Shown here in pieces: positions 14,930 through 23,157 of a stretch of 31,604 bases of DNA. How positions within the stretch are numbered: position 1 is the stretch's first letter; every line of letters begins with the position of its first letter. The notes below the pieces were generated by a model, which saw nothing but the letters and a program-made list of their open reading frames with translations, was not told the origin of the DNA and made no database searches. The position numbers and the translations under genes were made by a program. Origin of the DNA: a virus (taxonomy: Duplodnaviria > Caudoviricetes); the IMG/VR virus record IMGVR_UViG_3300014201_000021, positions 1 to 31,604 of that record, one strand, 5' to 3'.

Positions 14930-16154
14930 TGGCCGGGAGTTGCTTCGGGAGCCATTGCCGGATACCGCGACAGATGAAGAACTGGGTCTAGCCGCAGTCA
15001 AGGAGATTCTGTTCCTAGTGGTGCGTGATCTGGTGGATATCATCCCGCTCTTGCGCGAGGTTGAGGGCAGCAATTATGTGATTCAGCTTCCAACCACGGG
15101 CATGAGCAAGATCCGCAAGGTTGGGTTCATGCGTGGGCATATACTCTATCTCACCAATGGCTTGGCGAAGCAGATTGGCCGTGAATATTGGAAAGGGGCC
15201 AAGGAAAAGCCAAAGCATATCCCGGAAATATTTGAAGGTAACATAAGCAATATCCATGGTTATAGTTGCGATTGGATCTGTGGGGAGTTCCCGGAACATC
15301 TCCATGCTGATGTCTATGCCAATGGCAGGCAGGGTGGTGGCAGGGGATTCAACAAGTCCAATATTTTCGATCTGGCTGAAGATGAAGGCATTGAGTTGGG
15401 TAGCATCCCCATTCACCCGCTAGAGCGAAAGATCATGATCCTGCCGGTTGGGGTGAACAAGGCCAAGGCAAGGACCAGGAACGATTTGCCAAAGCCGTTG
15501 GAAGGCCCAAGTGCAACGGCCATGAATTACAAGCCGGACGAAGATTTCATCAGGGAAAGCCGCGAGAGCAAGGGCGGCATCATGTCGGACCGGACATATG
15601 CCCATATCCTCAAACGGATCAAGGCTGATGCTCGGGAAGAAATCTACCGGATTCAGGATGAACCGGCCAATCGCTACCAGATGATGCAGTATATCCCCTG
15701 GGCGGTTACTGAAGGCAAGACGCTGCGTGACATTTGCCGGGGCGTCAACGGCACTCCAACCATGCTGGAAGTGGCTCGGTGGCTTCAGTATTACCCTGAC
15801 TTCAGGCGTGAACTGGAAGTGGCTGAGAACATCCAGGCTCATACCTTTGTCGATCAGGCCCAGGAAATCATCATGGGGTTGCACTCGAATGCAGAGAAAG
15901 GCCAGATTGCCGTGGCCAAGGCACAGAGCGGGTTTCTGATGCAGAGGGCTGCACTCCAGTCCGAGAAGTTCCGGGAGAAGAAGGTCATTCAGACAGAGAA
16001 CCTGGACAACAAAAACGAAGCAGAGGTCAAGCGCAAACTCAAGATGCTGCTTAGGGGTGAGGTTGTCTCAGACATCATTGAGGTCGAAGCCTATCCGCCG
16101 CCGCCACCTGTCCCCAAGGCTGTGCCTGAGTTTGGGGAAGAAGATGCGGGATGA
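14850..16154 (+). CDS. Terminase small subunit-like protein with a long N-terminal extension
   Basis: C-terminal EGKTLRDICR...PTMLEVARWL...PDFRRELEVA...AHTFVDQAQEI resembles Sf6 gp1-type TerS; lies upstream of TerL. Confidence 0.65.
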   Translation: MTYYQYYRNPYLTVRKADGKANLLLADGRELLREPLPDTATDEELGLAAVKEILFLVVRDLVDIIPLLREVEGSNYVIQLPTTGMSKIRKVGFMRGHILYLTNGLAKQIGREYWKGAKEKPKHIPEIFEGNISNIHGYSCDWICGEFPEHLHADVYANGRQGGGRGFNKSNIFDLAEDEGIELGSIPIHPLERKIMILPVGVNKAKARTRNDLPKPLEGPSATAMNYKPDEDFIRESRESKGGIMSDRTYAHILKRIKADAREEIYRIQDEPANRYQMMQYIPWAVTEGKTLRDICRGVNGTPTMLEVARWLQYYPDFRRELEVAENIQAHTFVDQAQEIIMGLHSNAEKGQIAVAKAQSGFLMQRAALQSEKFREKKVIQTENLDNKNEAEVKRKLKMLLRGEVVSDIIEVEAYPPPPPVPKAVPEFGEEDAG

Positions 16155-16181
16155 AAAGAAGAACCCCCGCCGAAGCGGGGG
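16154..16181 (-). terminator. Intrinsic terminator for the antisense gene pair
   Basis: Minus strand CCCCCGC-TTCG-GCGGGGG followed by TTCTTCTTTT. Confidence 0.8.
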
Positions 16182-16209
16182 CTGGGGGAATCGCCCTGAA
16201 TCTACTTGC

Positions 16210-16482
16210 TTACGTATTAGGGCTATTCGGGTTCATTGTCTTAATTTGTTCGCGTTCTTTCTCGACGCGCTTCAGATAAGCACCCTTGATGTTGACCGGA
16301 TCATAGGGATCTCGGGATGCAGGTTCAGCCGAATGGCATTCAAAGATTTCATCAGTCTCACAGTTGCGAACCGTGATGTTCTGATGGGCCACGTTGCCGC
16401 CGCGATCATCGCCCTGAAGGTAGGGGGCCTTGAACTTGTGCGGATAAAGCCTGGGAGTCACATTGATTGGCTTCAAAGGCAT
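16210..16482 (-). CDS. Hypothetical protein (90 aa)
   Basis: AAGGAG RBS; followed by a terminator. Confidence 0.75.
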   Translation of the reverse strand: MPLKPINVTPRLYPHKFKAPYLQGDDRGGNVAHQNITVRNCETDEIFECHSAEPASRDPYDPVNIKGAYLKRVEKEREQIKTMNPNSPNT

Positions 16483-16491
16483 ATTGACTCC

Positions 16492-16911
16492 TTACTTGTG
16501 CGGAGTCTTGTGGGCTCGGCTGTGATGGGGATGCTTGGGGTGATGAGGGTTATGGCGAACGCCGTCACCACGAAGCTCATGGGGATGGCCTTCAGCGCCA
16601 TTGTACTTGTACTGGTCCATATGGTCCTTCTCAAGACCAACGGAACCATCGGTTCGGGTCATCTCGTGATGGACATGCATGAAGTGTTCGCCAAGATGGC
16701 CTTCCTTGGCATGGGCATCCAGGATCTTCTCGTGGCCTTCCATGTGGTCAACATGCTCACCAAGGACTTCGCCGTGAGGACCGTCAGCAAAAGCCTGGGG
16801 CGGAACGACAACAGCCGCTTCGGCAAGGGTGGAATGGCCGGGAGTCTGGATAGTGCCCGTGCCAATGGTCTGGTGATACTTCACCGCGAGAATTTCAGGG
16901 ACCGTCTTCAT
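16492..16911 (-). CDS. His-rich hypothetical protein (139 aa)
   Basis: GAGGT RBS; about 23 His; C/G-biased third codon positions. Confidence 0.8.
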   Translation of the reverse strand: MKTVPEILAVKYHQTIGTGTIQTPGHSTLAEAAVVVPPQAFADGPHGEVLGEHVDHMEGHEKILDAHAKEGHLGEHFMHVHHEMTRTDGSVGLEKDHMDQYKYNGAEGHPHELRGDGVRHNPHHPKHPHHSRAHKTPHK

Positions 16912-16953
16912 TGTTTTACCTCTTTTTGGGGTTACGCCCGGAATTGGGCATTT

Positions 16954-17005
16954 TTGACCGGGTATCGGTCTATCCTTATGATAAGTCCTTTAAGGGGGAA
17001 TACAA
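16954..17005. promoter_or_regulatory. Putative bidirectional promoter with overlapping -10 boxes
   Basis: Plus strand TTGACC-N17-TATGAT (16954-16982); minus strand TTGTAT-N16-TATCAT (17005-16978). Confidence 0.55.
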
Positions 17006-19396
17006 GTGTCCGAGCCTAAGCGCAAGATGACAGAGGCGGAACTGGACGCCATGGTGGATGGGATGTCTCTGGCAGAGGCTTCGGCGGCAGCGGAGTATAT
17101 TGAAACACTGGCTAAGAAGAAGCAAGAGGGTATGTTCTACAATTATGAACCCCAGGCGCACCAAGTTGCGGTTCATGCAGATAAGCGTAAAATAGTTGAT
17201 GTAATGGGGGGTAATCGCTGCTTAGGAGGGGAGCAAGAGATATTTGACCCCATTGAAAATAAGTTTAAACGAGTAGATAGGATTGATGGTGATTTCCACG
17301 TTTGGGCATGGGATGGCAAGCAGAAAGTTATTGCTCTGGCCCATCGTCCGTTCCAAAAGGCAAAGGCTGATCTATACCGGCTGACTTTTGATGATGGGGT
17401 AGAAATTGTTGTTTCACCGCATCATCTATTGTGGGGTCCAAAAGGATGGCTTGAATGTCGCCTCTATGTCGAGAAACGCGAAGTCGTTGTTCCCCATCCG
17501 GCGACCAATTGGGACACCTACCTGTTAACTCATCCCGAAGATGTTGAGCATTTGAGGTATATAGTTCAAGGTTATCAATCCGATTGTCAGCCACATCAGC
17601 ATTCTTATGATGGACGACCTCATTTGGCTCCAACATCCGGCCAAGAAATTCAGCCATTACGAGGCGATGTTCTGGCACATAAACACGAGTCTTGCGACCA
17701 TTCCCACGAGCCATTGGATGACCTGGACGATAAACCATCACATACCCATGTTTATCATAAGTCTTCCCGCCTTTCCAATCTGGATGGCCTTCGCCGCCTC
17801 GTGGCCCAGTTCGCTGGCAATGGATTCCAAACCGTTTACACGCTTTTGAAACGAGTTTGCCACTCACTCCAAGCCTTCGGCCAATTTCTTCATGGGTCAA
17901 TAGATCAATTTCAACCCATTGTCGTATCTGGTCCACAGGCCAATCATAGCCTCCTTGATTTTTTCCGCTCCCGCGACCTGTCCCATCAACTTTCGGTTTC
18001 CATTCCATCGTTTACTACCTCCAATAGAAGTGTAGTGCAAATCGGTTACCTCCGCAATGATTTTGTTTGGGACTTTGAGGTAGAGGACCACCACAACTAC
18101 TTCATAGGTGATATTTTAAGTCATAATTCGGGAAAATCGCATTGCTGTGCTTTCACAATAGCTTGTCATGCCTTGGGGATTTACCCATCATGGTGGACTG
18201 GAATAACATATACGCATCCAATTGATATTGGCATCATTTCAATCAGCACAGAACAGATGCGTAAATCAGCACAGGTAAAGTTGATGGGTGAACCTTTCTC
18301 TATTGGGACCGGGTTTATCCCCAAAGATATGATCAACATGGATGAACTTCACTGGAGGGCCGGGACCAACGGGTGTCTAGACTGGGTTCTCGTTAAACAT
18401 TCCTCTGGTGGATGGTCAAGACTGAACTTTATGGTTAATGAGCAAGGTCAGAAGAAATTCATGGGTTATGCGTGGGATCTAGCGTGGTTCGATGAGGAAC
18501 CGGAGATGGATGTGTTTGATGAAGTTCAGATGCGTTTAGTTGATAAGCGTGGCAATATCATTCTGTCTTACTATCCATACAATGGAGAAACAGAACTTGT
18601 GCAAAAGCTAGACAAGATGAGTGAAGAATTTTGTGGACACTACTCATTTTATATGGGAGACAATAAGACACTTGACCCGGAAGTTCTGAGGATGCACGAA
18701 GAATCCATGCCAGAGTGGCAAAAAGAGTCAAGAATGTATGGCAGGCCAGGGGTTGGTGCTGGCCGTATTTTCTCATTTAGCAAAGACGATTATGTGATCG
18801 AGAGATTTGAAATCGAGAATCATTGGCCGAGAATAGGTGGTTTCGACGTTGGGTTACAGCACGGAACGGCAGCTGTAGCCCTTGCATTGGAATACGTTGC
18901 CAGGGATGAGGCACCAGTAGTTTATGTGTATAGGGAATACCTCAAAACAGGTAATATGCCTGGGGTCCACGCCATTACGCTGAGGTCATGGGGTGACATT
19001 GATCTGAAGATTGATACTAGTTCACACAGACGCTCACCTACCGATGGGCAAAATCTGTATACGATGTATCAAAATGAAGGGCTTAACATATCAAATGCAG
19101 ATACTAAGAGCGGATCTGTCGCTGATTCAATTAACACTATAAATCAGATGATTGCAGAAAAGCGCCTGTTCGTATTTGATAGTTGCCCGCAGTTAATACG
19201 CGAAATGGGTCTATATAAGCTGGTGAAATCGAAGGATGGTCGCGTAAAGGTCACTGAAAAGGAAGATGATCTCATTGACGCGCTTAGATATGCAATCATG
19301 GCATTGAATGAAGCTCGTGTGCCTGGCGTATCAAACATGAAACCTGCGCCGAAGATAGTCCAGTGGCATCCCCAAAACCCTCGCCTTGGGCTTTAA
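17006..19396 (+). CDS. terL: Terminase large subunit, intein-containing (493 aa after splicing)
   Basis: Walker A MGGNR|SGKS restored after intein removal; Walker B LAWFDEEP; RNase H motifs GGFDVG and DDLIDALRYA. Confidence 0.95.
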   Translation: MSEPKRKMTEAELDAMVDGMSLAEASAAAEYIETLAKKKQEGMFYNYEPQAHQVAVHADKRKIVDVMGGNRCLGGEQEIFDPIENKFKRVDRIDGDFHVWAWDGKQKVIALAHRPFQKAKADLYRLTFDDGVEIVVSPHHLLWGPKGWLECRLYVEKREVVVPHPATNWDTYLLTHPEDVEHLRYIVQGYQSDCQPHQHSYDGRPHLAPTSGQEIQPLRGDVLAHKHESCDHSHEPLDDLDDKPSHTHVYHKSSRLSNLDGLRRLVAQFAGNGFQTVYTLLKRVCHSLQAFGQFLHGSIDQFQPIVVSGPQANHSLLDFFRSRDLSHQLSVSIPSFTTSNRSVVQIGYLRNDFVWDFEVEDHHNYFIGDILSHNSGKSHCCAFTIACHALGIYPSWWTGITYTHPIDIGIISISTEQMRKSAQVKLMGEPFSIGTGFIPKDMINMDELHWRAGTNGCLDWVLVKHSSGGWSRLNFMVNEQGQKKFMGYAWDLAWFDEEPEMDVFDEVQMRLVDKRGNIILSYYPYNGETELVQKLDKMSEEFCGHYSFYMGDNKTLDPEVLRMHEESMPEWQKESRMYGRPGVGAGRIFSFSKDDYVIERFEIENHWPRIGGFDVGLQHGTAAVALALEYVARDEAPVVYVYREYLKTGNMPGVHAITLRSWGDIDLKIDTSSHRRSPTDGQNLYTMYQNEGLNISNADTKSGSVADSINTINQMIAEKRLFVFDSCPQLIREMGLYKLVKSKDGRVKVTEKEDDLIDALRYAIMALNEARVPGVSNMKPAPKIVQWHPQNPRLGL
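17328..18008 (-). CDS. HTH-HNH homing endonuclease nested antisense within the intein
   Basis: HTH LTHEEIGRRLGVSGKLVSKACKRFGI; HPDWKGG; YVPEHRLVMAEFLGR...VVHHKNADVADNRIDNLELY; GGAGGT RBS 8 nt before the ATG. Confidence 0.92.
   Translation of the reverse strand: MEWKPKVDGTGRGSGKNQGGYDWPVDQIRQWVEIDLLTHEEIGRRLGVSGKLVSKACKRFGIHCQRTGPRGGEGHPDWKGGKTYDKHGYVMVYRPGHPMARGNGRKTRVYVPEHRLVMAEFLGRMLEPNEVVHHKNADVADNRIDNLELYTSNAQHLRDELTGRCPNWSPDGEQRLRVSRHRGDIQAILLDPTIDDAVKQQFLPHHQKSAGIDQPLPFGTDDGPEQ
18029..18057 (-). promoter_or_regulatory. Candidate antisense promoter for the HNH gene
   Basis: Minus strand TTGCGG-N17-TACACT just upstream of the GGAGGT RBS. Confidence 0.4.
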
Positions 19397-19400
19397 CCCA

Positions 19401-19429
19401 TTGACAGGCAATCCTTGCCTATACATAAT
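19401..19429 (+). promoter_or_regulatory. Sigma70 promoter for the portal/structural operon, with a spacer palindrome
   Basis: TTGACA-N17-CATAAT; AGGCAA-tcc-TTGCCT inverted repeat at 19406-19420. Confidence 0.75.
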
Positions 19430-19450
19430 GAGTAACGGAGATATAAATTC

Positions 19451-21745
19451 GTGGATAACGGCTTAAGCATGTTGCCTAATGATCCCAGTTCACCCCCGTC
19501 AGTGGTCGAGGGTTACGGGGCTCTTGGTGAACAAGGGAACTTGGCCACCAAGGTTATGCATGACTTTCAGTTAGCATCAAGTTCACGTATTTTTCACGAG
19601 CAGCAAGTTCTATTGCGCGCATTATTTAATAGTCGTAGTTATTATTTGATTGACGGTGATTCACAAACCACAACGTCACAAGCCGCAGTAAACAGCACTA
19701 GGCCCAAGCTTCAGACCGCAGTTGCGCTATTGATGCCTATTGTGTGTCCTCCTGGCCAAGATCCGTTCACCATTGATCCTGACCCGGAAGCCATGGACCC
19801 CAAGGCCGCATGGGAAATGCTCCAGAAGGGCATTCCGCCTGACCAGATCAGGGACATGCTCTATCAGGCCGCTGGGAAGAAGTCTGACCGCCTGACCGCC
19901 AAGATCAAAAAGGGTGATGACTACTGCCGGGTAAATGACAAATTGCTACTATTCCTGTGGGATTTAGTAGTTTTCGGGACCGGGATCATGATGGGGCCGC
20001 TGGTGGTCCAGAACCCCGAAGTATCCGAAGACCCTGCCGAGGACGAGGAACAGGATAGTCCATCCTGGGCACCATCGCTCAAATTGCCGTTCGACAAGAA
20101 GGCAATGAAGATGATGATCAAGATGGGGGTGTTCGATGAATATCTGCCCCAGATGGAGCGGATCTGCCCTCTGGATATATATCCTGACCCTGGCGCAACC
20201 ACTGTAGAGATGGCCCGATTCATGATCTGGCGTATGCAGCTTGGCAAGGGCCAAGTCATGGGGATGCTGGAAGATAAGACGTTTAAACAGGATGTGATCA
20301 AACAGATCCTCAAGGACCACCCGGATGGCATCTGGCAACCGACCTACTGGGAAACATCGGTCAACTCCCTGAACAAGCAGCCACAGCAGACTTTGCCCAA
20401 TGGCCGATTCGTTTGCTACCAGTGGTGGGGTTATCTTACTGGGAAAGACCTCGCTGAGAACGGTGTCAAGGGTATTTCCCATGACCAGATGGATGAGCGG
20501 GTTGTGGCTCAGATTTGGGTCATGGGCAATAAGATCATCAAGATTGCCATCAGTGAATTGCATAATGAACGCCTGCCGTTCTATTTTGTGCCCTACTCTG
20601 TAGCCACCAACAGCATTTGGGGTGTTGGCGTTGCTGAGATGATGTTTGACCAGCATGACGGCATTCAGGGCTGCGAACGGGCCTTGATGGACGCCATGGC
20701 CATGTCCATTGCCCCACAGATGACCGTGGACGTTGACCAACTTGCTGACCCCTTGACCGTGTTGGAAATCAAGCCGCGCAAGATTTGGGGAGTCCGGGGC
20801 AAGGTTGGCATCTCCATGAAGCCGATTGAGTTCTTCCTGCCCCAGTATGACTTTACTGCCATGCTCCAGGTCCAGCAGAACGAGGAACGGCTTGCAGATG
20901 AGCAGACCGGCCTGCCTAAGTTCCTGAATGGTTCAACTGAAGGTGCCCATAACCGGACTTTTGGTGGTGCGAATCTTCAGTGGAACAACGCTCTAACTAC
21001 GCTCAAGACGGCAGTATATAACATCGAAACGAATTACATTGTCCCCAGCACCCAGAACAAGATCCGGTTCTTCCAGAAGTTCTCCAATGACCCGGCGATC
21101 AAGGGTTCCTACCGAGTCACCGCGCATGGGGTTCGTGGCCTGCTGGCGCGTGAATCCCTGACTGAAGCCATGGGCCTGTTGCTCCAGAACCTTGGCAATC
21201 TGCCGGATCAGGCCAAGCGGTTGAAGATGTCCAACTTCTTTAATTCCTACCTGCGCTATTCCGGGCTCAGTTCTGAGGATCTGGTTTATACCGATTCCGA
21301 GTTCTTGCAAATCCAGAAACAGGAACAGCAGGAACAACAGAAGAACGCTGCCTATCAGGCCGGTATTGATGCCTCTGTCCAGGCCCAGCCTAAACTCCGG
21401 GCTGAAATGCCGATCAAGGATGCCATTATCGAACTGGTCAAGGAAGCGCCAGAAAACAGTCCTCTACGGCTTGCCTATATGCAATTGGCCAATGATGTAT
21501 ATAATATTGGGACCCCGCAGATCAAGGCAGCTATGGCGGAGGAAGACCAGATGGCACATCTCGGCAACGTCAATGAGGCCCATCAGATGGGGCACCAGAT
21601 GGGTGGCCGACCGTTTGAACCTGCTCACAATCCCTTTGAAAAACATCCACACATGGCCCCGCCAACCCAGCAGGAAGGCGCTCCCACAAAGCCCAAGACC
21701 TCCAAGCCTGAAAAGGTTATTACCCATAGGGGGCGCAAGCGATGA
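19451..21745 (+). CDS. Portal protein (P22-like podovirus type)
   Basis: Position after TerL; LVVFGTGIM.GP, PLDIYPDP.AT, PY.....SIWGVGVAE motifs; Gln-rich C-terminal barrel helix. Confidence 0.9.
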   Translation: MDNGLSMLPNDPSSPPSVVEGYGALGEQGNLATKVMHDFQLASSSRIFHEQQVLLRALFNSRSYYLIDGDSQTTTSQAAVNSTRPKLQTAVALLMPIVCPPGQDPFTIDPDPEAMDPKAAWEMLQKGIPPDQIRDMLYQAAGKKSDRLTAKIKKGDDYCRVNDKLLLFLWDLVVFGTGIMMGPLVVQNPEVSEDPAEDEEQDSPSWAPSLKLPFDKKAMKMMIKMGVFDEYLPQMERICPLDIYPDPGATTVEMARFMIWRMQLGKGQVMGMLEDKTFKQDVIKQILKDHPDGIWQPTYWETSVNSLNKQPQQTLPNGRFVCYQWWGYLTGKDLAENGVKGISHDQMDERVVAQIWVMGNKIIKIAISELHNERLPFYFVPYSVATNSIWGVGVAEMMFDQHDGIQGCERALMDAMAMSIAPQMTVDVDQLADPLTVLEIKPRKIWGVRGKVGISMKPIEFFLPQYDFTAMLQVQQNEERLADEQTGLPKFLNGSTEGAHNRTFGGANLQWNNALTTLKTAVYNIETNYIVPSTQNKIRFFQKFSNDPAIKGSYRVTAHGVRGLLARESLTEAMGLLLQNLGNLPDQAKRLKMSNFFNSYLRYSGLSSEDLVYTDSEFLQIQKQEQQEQQKNAAYQAGIDASVQAQPKLRAEMPIKDAIIELVKEAPENSPLRLAYMQLANDVYNIGTPQIKAAMAEEDQMAHLGNVNEAHQMGHQMGGRPFEPAHNPFEKHPHMAPPTQQEGAPTKPKTSKPEKVITHRGRKR

Positions 21746-22029
21746 GGCGATTCGAGGACATCTCCGCAGATCAGATCCTTGACAAGATCAAGGCCATGCG
21801 CAGCACTGAGCATGGGGATATTTTGCGGGAATGGCTTACTCGTTATCGTGAAGGATGCCGTTCTGAACTTGAAACCGCATTTGAAAACCAAGTTGCCATC
21901 ACTTTCAACCAAGGCCGGATTGATTTGGCCAAGGAATTGTTGACTTTGTTAGATCCTGAACAAGTTGTCCAACCCAAACAGGCAGCAACTCCATCGGAGC
22001 CTGCTAGGAGATTACCGTGGCGAATGTAA
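21742..22029 (+). CDS. Conserved small protein downstream of the portal (Bbp19-like)
   Basis: ATGA overlap; FNQGRI..AKELL motif; synteny. Confidence 0.6.
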   Translation: MRRFEDISADQILDKIKAMRSTEHGDILREWLTRYREGCRSELETAFENQVAITFNQGRIDLAKELLTLLDPEQVVQPKQAATPSEPARRLPWRM

Positions 22030-23141
22030 CTGAGATTGATCCTCTAACCCTAAAGCGCGTTACTAATCATGACGCTATGCGCAGGCAGAAGGAATTGGAT
22101 TCCGCTCTGGCCAGAATCAACCAGGAAAATCAGGTTGGTCAGCCCGGTCCCGATCCCAAGCCTGAGCCGGTCCATGTTGAAAGCGGTCAAGTCGTAGACC
22201 CCGCCAACGCCCTCGCCAATACCGTTATCGAGTTGCCCACGCCGCCCGCCGAACCCCAGGTTCCCGTGGTGGTTGAGCCTCCCCCGGTTCCCACTGTTTC
22301 CGCAGAAGAATATGCGAAACTGCAAAAGAGTTATAGGGAAGCTACCCAGGCCCTCACCCCGTTCATGCAGAAAGGCGCTCTTTTGGCGAAAGAGCTTAAG
22401 GAAGAACGGGAATCCACGCAGTCCGAGATCAAGTCGCTCAAGGAAACGCTTGCTGAACTTATGCAGGCGGTCAAGCAGCCTAAACCCCAGGTTGCTTCCT
22501 ATGAGCCCGAAAGGGATGACGAACTTGAGTCTCTGGACCCCATCATTGCTGATCGGCTTAGGCGCATGAGCCAAGCCACCAAACAGCAGTTGGAAGCCGT
22601 GGAGCGCAAGCATCAGGCCGAACTCCAGGCCATTCGTGATCAGGAACAGCAGCGCCAATCTGCGTTGCTCGAACATCAGGCACAGACCCAGCAACAGGCT
22701 TGGTATGATGTCTTCACCAAACTGGTCCCGGATTACAAGGATTTCATGATGGATGGTCCCAAAGGTCAGCCTCTTACTGACTGGGCCATGCGGATGCCTG
22801 CGGAATATCTCAATGCCATCAGCAAGCCGAATCAGCATACGCCGTTCTTTGTGGCCAAGGTCATCAATGAATTCAAGGCATCCATGCTGCCTGCGGCTAG
22901 GCCAACCAGGAAGCCCTCTTTGGGCGATCTTGCTGCAACCTCGCTCGGTTCCGCTCCTACTCGGATCGAACCGCCCCAGCCAGAACGGCCCCTGACTGAA
23001 TATGAAATCAAAAATGCCCAGCCTATTATGGACAGATTGATGCGTGATGCCACCAACACTAAACTCTCTCCCACGGTGCGTGCCCAGAAGGCGGCGGAAG
23101 CCCAAGATTTCATGGAACGCATCCAAGCAATAATGAAGTAA
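22017..23141 (+). CDS. Putative scaffolding protein
   Basis: Pro/Glu-rich N-terminus and long coiled coils; lies between portal and capsid genes. Confidence 0.75.
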   Translation: MANVTEIDPLTLKRVTNHDAMRRQKELDSALARINQENQVGQPGPDPKPEPVHVESGQVVDPANALANTVIELPTPPAEPQVPVVVEPPPVPTVSAEEYAKLQKSYREATQALTPFMQKGALLAKELKEERESTQSEIKSLKETLAELMQAVKQPKPQVASYEPERDDELESLDPIIADRLRRMSQATKQQLEAVERKHQAELQAIRDQEQQRQSALLEHQAQTQQQAWYDVFTKLVPDYKDFMMDGPKGQPLTDWAMRMPAEYLNAISKPNQHTPFFVAKVINEFKASMLPAARPTRKPSLGDLAATSLGSAPTRIEPPQPERPLTEYEIKNAQPIMDRLMRDATNTKLSPTVRAQKAAEAQDFMERIQAIMK

Positions 23142-23157
23142 AACAAAGGATCAAGTT

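Larger units (their letters stand above)
17219..18127 (+). mobile_element. Intein (303 aa) inserted in the TerL P-loop
   Basis: Block A CLGGEQEI, block B IVVSPHHLLW, block F VWDFEVEDHHNYF, block G ILSHN, +1 Ser. Confidence 0.93.

Noticed and set aside
16057-17019. 320-aa hydrophobic plus-strand ORF
   Set aside because: Mirror of the His-rich gene (CAT/CAC read as ATG/GTG); it crosses a terminator and a promoter, while the minus-strand genes have RBSs.
17219-18127. TerL insert as a group I intron or an assembly error
   Set aside because: The frame is continuous and all intein splice residues (Cys1, block B His, His-Asn, +1 Ser) are present at a typical P-loop site.
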